Shown here piece after piece: positions 38,170-45,439 of a stretch of DNA of 64,000 nt. The position numbers and the translations under genes are program-made. Every line of letters begins with the position of its first letter. The first letter of the stretch is position 1. Below the pieces are notes generated by a model. The model ran no database searches, was not told where the DNA came from, and was given only the letters and a program-made list of their open reading frames with translations. This DNA is from Burkholderiales bacterium (lineage in GTDB: Bacteria; Pseudomonadota; Gammaproteobacteria; Burkholderiales; Casimicrobiaceae): NCBI GenBank assembly GCA_020851235.1, contig JADZDD010000001.1, positions 54,619-118,618 on the forward strand, given 5' to 3'.

Positions 38170-38313
38170 GGGCCTCTCCTGTCGTCGCCGGCCCGCGTAC
38201 GGGCCCGATGCGATCCTTTCAGCAGCAAGCGTGCCAAGGATGCCGCGGACGTTGCCATCAGCCGATGGACGTAGGTCGCCATCGCCTTGTGATCGACAGG
38301 AAGTCATGCGCAC

Positions 38314-38379
38314 GACCGTTCGTGTCGCGCGTGACGACTCCATCCCCGAGGGCAGTCCGTCTGGCGCGGACGAACGGTC
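38314..38379. repeat. Long imperfect inverted repeat (GACCGTTCGTGTCGCGC ... GCGCGGACGAACGGTC)
   Basis: Read directly, with arms at 38314-38330 and 38364-38379. It has a one-base bulge and a 33-nt loop. It lies between the lexA-like stop (38500) and the J-like start (38169). Each arm contains a CGAACG/CGTTCG half-site. Confidence 0.75.
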
Positions 38380-38499
38380 AGGTGCGCAGTCCCTTGCGCA
38401 CGTCGTCGCGCGACGGCGGGCGTGGCGTGGCGCGAGCCGCCGTGCGTGACCCGCCCGCGGCGCAGGGTCGCCGCGGCGCGGCACTCGGGGAGCGCGGGC

Positions 38500-39075
38500 T
38501 TACAGCTTGCGCACGAGCCCGACCATCACGCCGAAGATTTCGAGTTCGCCTTCCGGACGAATCGGCGCGAAGGCCTTGTTCTCGGCCTTGAGAATGAACC
38601 GGCCGGCCTCGAGGTCGAGCCGCTTCAGCGTGAACTGGTTGTCGACGATGGCGACGACGATGTCGCCCTTCTTCGCGCTGGGCTTCTTCTCGACGACGAC
38701 GAGGTCGCCGTCGAAGATGCCAGCGTCGATCATCGAATCACCCTTCACCCGAATGAGCACCGTGGATGAAGGATGCTCGATCAGGTAATCGTCGATCGTG
38801 AGCGCCTCGGCGTCACCGCCCTCGATCGCCTCGGGCAAGCCGGCGCGCACCGGGGCCTCGGCCAAGGGCCGCGCGAAGAACCGTCGCGTCGGGGCGAGTC
38901 GACGGTCGGGGGTCGACTCCAGCATTCCGGCAAGCTTCAGCCGGGCCACCAGCGCCGCGACCGACGATTTCGAACGCAGGCCCAGGAGGCTGCCGATCGA
39001 CGAGTACGAAGGCAGCGCGCGGTGCCGGGCGTAGTAGTCCTGGAGCGCGGTGAGGTAGGAACGATCGTTCGCCAT
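38500..39075 (-). CDS. LexA-like S24-peptidase transcriptional repressor (191 aa)
   Basis: The N-terminal wHTH is LTALQDYYARHRALPSYSSIGSLLGLRSKSSVAALVARLKLAGML. The C-terminal S24 domain includes VKGDSMIDAGIFDGDLVVV (Ser nucleophile) and VVAIVDNQFTLKRL (Lys). The ATG is at 39075. Confidence 0.85.
   Translation of the reverse strand: MANDRSYLTALQDYYARHRALPSYSSIGSLLGLRSKSSVAALVARLKLAGMLESTPDRRLAPTRRFFARPLAEAPVRAGLPEAIEGGDAEALTIDDYLIEHPSSTVLIRVKGDSMIDAGIFDGDLVVVEKKPSAKKGDIVVAIVDNQFTLKRLDLEAGRFILKAENKAFAPIRPEGELEIFGVMVGLVRKL
39059..39070. promoter_or_regulatory. GAACGATCGTTC palindrome (GAAC-N4-GTTC) inside codons 2-6 of the lexA-like gene, candidate operator 2
   Basis: A perfect palindrome read directly from the sequence. 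It is 30 bp centre-to-centre from operator 1. Confidence 0.55.
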
Positions 39076-39081
39076 GGCAGA

Positions 39082-39110
39082 AGCATACGAACGAGCGTTC
39101 GTCGCGTCAA
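39082..39110 (-). promoter_or_regulatory. Sigma70-like promoter of the lexA-like gene (TTGACG - 17 nt - TATGCT), predicting a leaderless mRNA
   Basis: On the minus strand the -35 TTGACG is at 39110-39105 and the -10 TATGCT at 39087-39082. The ATG begins 7 nt after the -10 and there is no SD. Confidence 0.55.
39089..39100. promoter_or_regulatory. GAACGAGCGTTC palindrome (CGAACGAGCGTTCG, Cheo-box-like), candidate operator 1
   Basis: The half-sites are perfect. The palindrome lies entirely inside the 17-nt spacer of the predicted lexA-like promoter. Confidence 0.6.
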
Positions 39111-39367
39111 GGGGTGGGTACACGGCGCGTGGGAAGAGCAGGACGTGGCAGTGCATCTGCGGCACGTCGGCGGCACCCGCAGCGCACGCGACCGTCCGGG
39201 CCAAAGGCCGGGCGTGAGCCGGGCACTTGGAGCCGCGAGCCCCGGCGAGCGACAATCCGGCGCTCGGCGGCGCCTGACCGTCGAGAGGGCAAACCGTGCG
39301 TTGGTCGCGGTCGATGCCCTGCCCTTGCGTCACGTCGTGCGCTGTCGCACAAGAGGAGAACGCGATC

Positions 39368-39559
39368 ATGAAGACATTGGCCCACGTCGCAGCCGTACTG
39401 TCCTTCGGATTCTGTCTGCTCGCGGGGCTATGGATCCTGCTGCAGGCGAACTTCAAGGACGAGGTCCTCGGTACCGGAATCGGGTTCTACTTCGTTGGCA
39501 AGGCGTTCTTCGTCGGCCCGATGCTCTGGCTCGCCGGCGACCGGCTCGGCAGCCGCTAG
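39368..39559 (+). CDS. Hypothetical small two-TM membrane protein (63 aa), divergent from the lexA-like gene
   Basis: The ATG has a good SD (AGAGGAGAA, 8 nt). MKTLAHVAAVLSFGFCLLAGLWILL and GIGFYFVGKAFFVGPMLWLAG form two hydrophobic helices. Confidence 0.55.
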   Translation: MKTLAHVAAVLSFGFCLLAGLWILLQANFKDEVLGTGIGFYFVGKAFFVGPMLWLAGDRLGSR

Positions 39560-39687
39560 ACGACGTCGCGCGTCGCGCCGCCGCACGCGACGACCGGGCA
39601 TGAACGGCCGGCGCAGCGTGCCGGGTTCGGCACGGGGAACCGTCTTGCAGGTGACGTGGGGAACGCCGTCGGTCGTCGCGTGGAAAC

Positions 39688-39763
39688 TGGCGTCCCCAGG
39701 GGGATTCGAACCCCCGTACTCACCGTGAAAGGGTGATGTCCTGGGCCTCTAGACGATGGGGAC
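39688..39763 (-). tRNA. tRNA-Glu (anticodon UUC)
   Basis: The reverse complement GTCCCCATCGTCTAGAGGCCCAGGACATCACCCTTTCACGGTGAGTACGGGGGTTCGAATCCCCCTGGGGACGCCA gives a cloverleaf with anticodon loop CUUUCAC. It is near-identical in pattern to proteobacterial tRNA-Glu. CCA is encoded. Confidence 0.93.
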
Positions 39764-39811
39764 GCGGCCTTCCAGCGTACGACTCGCGCGGCAGGAGCCG
39801 CGATGGTGCAG

Positions 39812-39887
<76 letters not shown>

Positions 39888-39901
39888 ACAGCAAGCGGAA
39901 G

Positions 39902-39930
39902 ATTATAGCGTGCGGCCATGACGCTGGCAA
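39902..39930 (-). promoter_or_regulatory. Promoter of the tRNA-Ala/tRNA-Glu operon (TTGCCA - 17 nt - TATAAT)
   Basis: On the minus strand the -35 TTGCCA is at 39930-39925 and a perfect -10 TATAAT at 39907-39902. The -10 ends 14 nt before the tRNA-Ala 5-prime end. Confidence 0.6.
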
Positions 39931-40032
39931 ACCGCATTCGCTGCAAGGACCGTCCACACGCGTCGGGACCGGCGCCGTGCAGCCGTGGGCTATCATCGCT
40001 GCGGCCTTCACCTCCGCGCTGCACGCAACCTC

Positions 40033-40821
40033 ATGGCGAGCCCTCTTCCCATTTCCGCCGCACCGTCGCTCGCCGACCGCGTCGTGTTCGTGACGGGCGC
40101 GAGCGGAGGGCTCGGCAGCGCCCTCGCCCGCGCCTGCGCCGCAGCGGGCGCCACCGTGGTCCTGCACGGCAAGACGCAGCGCAAGCTCGAGGCGCTCTAC
40201 GACGAGATCCGTGCCGCCGGACACCCCGAGCCCACGATCCTGCCGCTCGATCTCGCGAAGGCGGGCGCGGAGGACTTCAGCAACGTCGCCAGCGCCTTGC
40301 AAGTGCAGCTGGGCCACCTCGATGCGCTCGTGCACACCGCCGCGGCGCTGGGCACGCTCGGTCCGATCGAGCACCAGTCGTTCGATAGCTGGCTCACGCT
40401 GCTGCGCGTGAACGTCGCCGCTCCGATGGGACTCACGCGCGCGCTCCTGCCGCTTCTCGACAACGCGGCGGATGCCAGCGTGGTCTTCACGCTCGACGAT
40501 CGCGGCGAGACGCCGCGTGCGTACTGGGGGGGCTACGCGGTGACCAAGGCGGGCGTGGGAACGCTCGCGCGCGAACTCGCCGACGAGTGGGAGAACCGCG
40601 AGCGGTTGCGCGTGAATGCCGTCGTCCCGGGCCCCATCCACTCGCCGCTGCGGGGACGCACGCATCCGGGTGAGGACAAGTCGCGCCTTCCCACGGCCCA
40701 GGCGCTGGTGCCGCTGTATCTGCATCTCGTCGCCGGGCAGGCCAAGGCCGAGAGCGGACAACTCGTGTCGGCTCAGGCGTGGCTTGCCGGAGCGCCTTGC
40801 ACCACGCCGCTGCGCGCGTAG
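40033..40821 (+). CDS. SDR-family oxidoreductase, YciK-like
   Basis: VVFVTGASGGLGSALA is TGxxxGxG, YAVTKAGVGTLARELADEW is YxxxK, and the C-terminus resembles YciK proteins. Confidence 0.85.
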   Translation: MASPLPISAAPSLADRVVFVTGASGGLGSALARACAAAGATVVLHGKTQRKLEALYDEIRAAGHPEPTILPLDLAKAGAEDFSNVASALQVQLGHLDALVHTAAALGTLGPIEHQSFDSWLTLLRVNVAAPMGLTRALLPLLDNAADASVVFTLDDRGETPRAYWGGYAVTKAGVGTLARELADEWENRERLRVNAVVPGPIHSPLRGRTHPGEDKSRLPTAQALVPLYLHLVAGQAKAESGQLVSAQAWLAGAPCTTPLRA

Positions 40822-41240
40822 CGCAGGAGAATGCGCAGTCGCCGGAATTCTTCAGCCGGGAGCATGTCCGGCAGCACGACCACGGCGCGCAGGCGCGAGC
40901 CGCCGTCGGGCCGCCAGACGATCGTCGTCAGCAGCGAGGACACGTACGTCGCGTGGTGCAGGTGCCCGGCGACGATCCGCCCGTCGCGGTGGTGCACGAC
41001 GACCAGGCGATCGCCCGCGAGGTGGACGGCAGACACGCCGTTACCCCCCGCTCGCCGAAAGACGGTACGCACCGTCGACGCAGCCCAGGCGAGAACCACG
41101 GCGCCGAGGACCGCCTGGAGGCTCACGCCAATGGGCAGCGTGAGCACGACCGCGAGGGTGGCGACGGCGGCCGTGGCCGTCGCGACCGCTCCGGTCCACG
41201 ACGGTTGCAACGCGATATCGATGGACGGAGCGTGGCGCAT
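40773..41240 (-). CDS. YgfX/CptA-like inner-membrane protein
   Basis: Two N-terminal TM helices are followed by TIVWRPDGGSRLRAVVVLPDMLPAEEFRRLRILLRY, which matches the YgfX (toxin CptA) family pattern as I remember it. The 3-prime end overlaps the convergent SDR gene by 49 nt. Confidence 0.55.
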   Translation of the reverse strand: MRHAPSIDIALQPSWTGAVATATAAVATLAVVLTLPIGVSLQAVLGAVVLAWAASTVRTVFRRAGGNGVSAVHLAGDRLVVVHHRDGRIVAGHLHHATYVSSLLTTIVWRPDGGSRLRAVVVLPDMLPAEEFRRLRILLRYARSGVVQGAPASHA

Positions 41241-41375
41241 GCACGCATTGGACGCCGGTGCCTGCTGCCGCGGCCATCGGCCATCGGGATGACGCCGCGC
41301 CCCGGCCCGCCCGGTGGCACCCCGTGCGCGACGTCACCGTGGCGGCGGCCGCGAGGCGGCCGGCGCCACGGCGGA

Positions 41376-42269
41376 TCACGTGCGCGGACTGGTCCGGGGC
41401 AACAGGTGTCCCGCGCGGCGCGCCTGCCGCCACAGGGTGGCGGCTACCGCAAGGCACAGCACGACGCTCACCAGCGAGGCTTCCGGTCCGAAGATGCCGC
41501 CGGTGAGCCACTCGGGCCCGCTGAGCGATCCGACGAAGACGCCCTGGGCACGCGTGCCGGAGACCGCCACGCCGAAGATGCCGCCTTGCACGAAATTCCA
41601 CGCGGCATGCAGGCCGATCGGAAGCCAAAGCCGCCGCGTCAGCGCATACGCGCAGGCGAGGAGAACACCGGCCTCCAAGGCGACGGCGACGAGCCCCAGC
41701 ACGGTGGCGTTGGGTGAAAGGAAGTGCAGTGCACCGAACAGCGCGGCCGAGACGCCGAGTGCGACGGTGGATCCCGCGGCGCTTTCGAGGAATCGGAAGA
41801 CGATGCCACGGAAGACGATCTCCTCGGTCACCGCCGCGGCGACGCTCGTGCCCAGCGCCGTGACCACGTCGGTGGCGCTGCCCCGCCCGGCAATCGTGTA
41901 GCTTCCGGCCAAGGCGAGCACGGCGATCACCGTCGCAAAGAGCACGCCGCCCAGGAGCGCGCCGGCCGTGATCTCGCGGACGGCACCCCGAGCCCAAAAT
42001 TCAGCCACCGGGCGAGCTTCGACGCGCCGCACGTATTGGCGGTACGCGAGCACCGCCACGACGGCGCTGGTCAGCGCCGCGGGCAACGGGCCGTCGAGGC
42101 CAAGCTTGCCCGTGAGCCACGAGACGGCAACGCCCGTCGCGACGATCGGCAGGATGAGCAGCGGCGCGGTCCAGGCGAGCCGGCGCAGGACGACCCGAAC
42201 CGGAACGCGCTCCGGGGGCAGCATGCCGGCTACGGCGATGTCGCCGTCAGCGCGCGGCAGCTCACGCAC
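41376..42269 (-). CDS. CPBP-family (CAAX/Abi) intramembrane glutamic protease
   Basis: AAVTEEIVFRGIVFRFL is the EExxxR motif, FGALHF is FxxxH, and HAAWNF is the HxxxN motif. It is a multi-pass membrane protein. The start is GTG 42269 or ATG 42224. Confidence 0.8.
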   Translation of the reverse strand: MRELPRADGDIAVAGMLPPERVPVRVVLRRLAWTAPLLILPIVATGVAVSWLTGKLGLDGPLPAALTSAVVAVLAYRQYVRRVEARPVAEFWARGAVREITAGALLGGVLFATVIAVLALAGSYTIAGRGSATDVVTALGTSVAAAVTEEIVFRGIVFRFLESAAGSTVALGVSAALFGALHFLSPNATVLGLVAVALEAGVLLACAYALTRRLWLPIGLHAAWNFVQGGIFGVAVSGTRAQGVFVGSLSGPEWLTGGIFGPEASLVSVVLCLAVAATLWRQARRAGHLLPRTSPRT

Positions 42270-42285
42270 GTGCGCTCGGGCGGAT

Positions 42286-44673
42286 CTACGCGGCGCGCGC
42301 CTTGGCGAGCGCGAGCCACGTCTCGACGACGGTATCCGGATTGAGCGACATGCTCTCGATGCCCTGGTCGACGAGCCACTGTGCGAGGTCGGGATGATCC
42401 GACGGGCCTTGCCCGCAGATGCCGACGTACTTGTCCGCCTTCTGACAGGCCTTGATCGCGAGCGAGAGCATCGCCTTCACCGCATCGTCGCGCTCGTCGA
42501 ACGTCGCCGCGATCGCCCCGCCCGCGTCGCGATCGATGCCCAGCGTCAGCTGCGTCATGTCGTTGCTGCCGATCGAGAAGCCATCGAAGTGCTCGAGGAA
42601 GCGGTCGGCCAGCACCGCATTGGACGGCAGCTCGCACATCATCACCACGCGCAGGCCGTTGCGCCCGCGCTCGAGGCCGTTTTTCGCGAGCAGCCGCAGC
42701 ACCGCCTCGGCCTCACCCAGCGTGCGCACGAACGGCACCATGATTTCGACGTTGGTGAAGCCCATGACGTCGCGCACGCGCTTCATGGCCTCGCATTCGA
42801 GAGCGAAGCAATCGTAGAACTCCGGCGCGATGTAACGCGAGGCGCCGCGAAAGCCCAGCATCGGATTCTCCTCGTGCGGCTCGTAGCGATCGCCCCCCAG
42901 AAGATTGCTGTACTCGTTCGACTTGAAGTCGGACAGCCGCACGATCACCTTCTTCGGGAAGAACGCCGCCGCGATGGTGGCGACGCCCTCGACGATCTTT
43001 TGCACGTAGAACTCGGTCGGGCTCGCGTAACCGCCGATGCGTTCCTCGATCTCCTGGCGCAGGTTCGCGGGCTGCGTGGCGAACTCGAGCAGCGCCTTGG
43101 GATGGATGCCGACGTTGCGGTTGATGATGAATTCGAGGCGAGCGAGCCCCACCCCTTCGTTCGGGAGCCGCTGGAAGGCGAAGGCGAGCTCGGGGTTGCC
43201 GACGTTCATCATGATCTTGGTGGGGACGCTCGGCATGCGATCGAGCGCGATGTCGACCACTTCCACCGGCAGCAGCCCCGCGTAGACGTGCCCGGTGTCA
43301 CCTTCGGCGCAGGAGACGGTGACCTCGGCGCCGTCGGTGAGCGTCTCGGTCGCGTCGCCGCAACCCACCACGGCCGGGATCCCCAACTCGCGGGCGATGA
43401 TCGCAGCGTGACAGGTGCGCCCGCCCCGGTTGGTGACGATCGCCGCCGCGCGTTTCATCACCGGCTCCCAGTCGGGATCGGTCATTTCGGTCACGAGCAC
43501 GTCGCCCTCGGCGACGCGATCCATCTCGGCGGCCGAACGGATCGTGCGCACGCGCCCCTGGCCGATCTTCTGGCCGATGGCGCGGCCGGTGGCAAGGACG
43601 GGAGCGGTGCGGCCGAGCCGATAGCGGCGCAGGCGATCCGCACCCTCCTCCCGCGACTTCACCGTTTCCGGGCGCGCCTGCAGGATGTAGAGTTCGCCGT
43701 CGACGCCGTCACGACCCCATTCGATGTCCATCGGCCGCCCGTAATGCTGCTCGATGGTCACGGCGGCCCGCGCGAGCGCCTCGGCCTCGGCGTCGGAAAT
43801 GGCAAAACGGATGCGCTCGGGAGCGGGCACGACCTCGGTCACCGTCGAGCGGCCCGCGGCTCGCGTGGCGGCGAAGACCATCCGCAGCGCCTTGCCGCCC
43901 ACGGACTTGCTGAGGATCGCCGGCCGGCCGGCGGCCAGATTGCGCTTGTCGACGTAGAACTCGTCGGGATTGACCGCACCCTGCACCACCGTCTCGCCCA
44001 AGCCGTACGCCGCGGTGATGAAGACGACCTGGTCGAAGCCCGACTCGGTGTCGAGCGTGAACATGACACCGGCTGCGCCCAGGTCGCTGCGCACCATGCG
44101 CTGCACCCCAGCCGACAGCGCGATCTCGCCGTGCGAGTAGCCCTGGTGGACACGATAGGCGATGGCGCGGTCGTTGTAGAGGGAGGCAAACACTTCCTGT
44201 ATCGCATGAATTATGTTGTCCAATCCATTGATATTAAGAAATGTTTCCTGCTGCCCTGCAAAGGATGCATCAGGCATGTCCTCGGCGGTGGCGGAAGACC
44301 GGACGGCAAAAGACGCGTCGGGAGTCCCTTCGGCCAGCGGACGATAGGCCTCGCCGATGGCCTGCACCAGCGCCGGCGGCAGTGCGCCCCGGGTCACCCA
44401 GCCGCGAATCTCCTTTCCCGCCGCGGTCAGCGCCGCGACGTCGGCGACGTCGAGATCGGCCAGACGCGCGGCGATCCGCTCGGTGAGGCCGTTGTGCGCA
44501 AGGAAGTCGCGGAACGCGGTGGCGGTCGTGGCAAAGCCGCCCGGAACACGGATCCCGGCGTGCGCAAGCTGCCCGATCATCTCGCCCAGCGAGGCATTCT
44601 TGCCACCCACCTCCTCGACGTCGGACATGCGCAATTGGGCCAAGGGGACGACGAGCGGGCGGGATGAACTCAT
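42286..44673 (-). CDS. ppsA: Phosphoenolpyruvate synthase
   Basis: [33 protein letters not shown] aligns with the E. coli PpsA N-terminus. [14 protein letters not shown] is the phosphohistidine motif, and a C-terminal PEP-utilising TIM barrel is present. Length is 795 aa. Confidence 0.95.
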   Translation of the reverse strand: MSSSRPLVVPLAQLRMSDVEEVGGKNASLGEMIGQLAHAGIRVPGGFATTATAFRDFLAHNGLTERIAARLADLDVADVAALTAAGKEIRGWVTRGALPPALVQAIGEAYRPLAEGTPDASFAVRSSATAEDMPDASFAGQQETFLNINGLDNIIHAIQEVFASLYNDRAIAYRVHQGYSHGEIALSAGVQRMVRSDLGAAGVMFTLDTESGFDQVVFITAAYGLGETVVQGAVNPDEFYVDKRNLAAGRPAILSKSVGGKALRMVFAATRAAGRSTVTEVVPAPERIRFAISDAEAEALARAAVTIEQHYGRPMDIEWGRDGVDGELYILQARPETVKSREEGADRLRRYRLGRTAPVLATGRAIGQKIGQGRVRTIRSAAEMDRVAEGDVLVTEMTDPDWEPVMKRAAAIVTNRGGRTCHAAIIARELGIPAVVGCGDATETLTDGAEVTVSCAEGDTGHVYAGLLPVEVVDIALDRMPSVPTKIMMNVGNPELAFAFQRLPNEGVGLARLEFIINRNVGIHPKALLEFATQPANLRQEIEERIGGYASPTEFYVQKIVEGVATIAAAFFPKKVIVRLSDFKSNEYSNLLGGDRYEPHEENPMLGFRGASRYIAPEFYDCFALECEAMKRVRDVMGFTNVEIMVPFVRTLGEAEAVLRLLAKNGLERGRNGLRVVMMCELPSNAVLADRFLEHFDGFSIGSNDMTQLTLGIDRDAGGAIAATFDERDDAVKAMLSLAIKACQKADKYVGICGQGPSDHPDLAQWLVDQGIESMSLNPDTVVETWLALAKARAA

Positions 44674-44687
44674 GGCGAGCGGACGCG

Positions 44688-44710
44688 AAAAAAGATGCGC
44701 CGGATGGCGC
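44688..44710 (-). terminator. Intrinsic-terminator-like hairpin (GCGCC-ATCC-GGCGC followed by AUCUUUUUU) 15 nt upstream of the ppsA ATG
   Basis: Read on the minus strand. The stem is at 44710-44697 and the U-run at 44693-44688. Only 14 nt with no SD follow before the ATG at 44673. Confidence 0.5.
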
Positions 44711-44735
44711 GACAGTGAGGATCTTACCCGTAGCT

Positions 44736-44754
44736 GGCCGGGCGCCGCCCGGCC
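44736..44754. repeat. GC-rich hairpin GGCCGGGC-GCC-GCCCGGCC
   Basis: A perfect 8-bp inverted repeat between the HTH gene stop and the ppsA leader. Confidence 0.6.
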
Positions 44755-44857
44755 ACGCGCAACCTCGGGCCGCGATCTCGCGCCGCGGAAGGACTCGTTT
44801 GATGCGCTGCAGCGAACGCGCCGCAGCGAGGCGGCGCGGACCGCGGTGCAGCGGTGC

Positions 44858-45256
44858 TCAGGGTCGCGACGTATCCGGCAGCGGTGTTTGCAGCAGCGAA
44901 TCGTCGTCGTCAGTGTAGCCACCGGATTCGCTCTCCGGGCCGGATGGCAGTCCGCTGTCGCTGCCGCCACGGCGGCGGCTTCGCACCGCGCGGCGCAGGG
45001 TCCGGTACAGGTCCGGATGCGATTCCTTGAGGTAGCCGATGATCTCGAAGTCGACGCGCTTGACCTGCGACAGGTCGAGCTGCTCGACGTGCACGAGTCG
45101 CAACAACTCCTTGACCGGGCGTGGCATGTCGCGACCGCTCTCGTAGCGCGAACCGCCGCTTTGCGTGACCCCGATCTGCGTCCAGAACTGTTCCTGATTG
45201 AGGCCCAGGCGACGCCGGATTTCGCGGGGATTGAGGACGCGGTCGAGGATCTTCAC
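44858..45256 (-). CDS. XRE-like helix-turn-helix protein with an acidic/Ser-rich tail (132 aa)
   Basis: The GTG start has GAAGG 8 nt upstream. [48 protein letters not shown] is an HTH pattern. These are the last 133 codons of track ORF 44858-46207. Confidence 0.65.
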   Translation of the reverse strand: MKILDRVLNPREIRRRLGLNQEQFWTQIGVTQSGGSRYESGRDMPRPVKELLRLVHVEQLDLSQVKRVDFEIIGYLKESHPDLYRTLRRAVRSRRRGGSDSGLPSGPESESGGYTDDDDSLLQTPLPDTSRP

Positions 45257-45439
45257 GTGAGAAACCTTCGGCGAAGCGCCAGCTGGCGCGTGGTGGCACG
45301 CTATACCAATGGCATATCTTTGACTCTTTTGCGCCGAAACGCAAGTCGCGCGGACGGGCGGGCGCGTCGCGATTGCTACAATGCCGGCCACGCAGCGCCG
45401 CGCGCTGCCCGCGCCCGCCGCCGCAGCGACCGATTCCAG

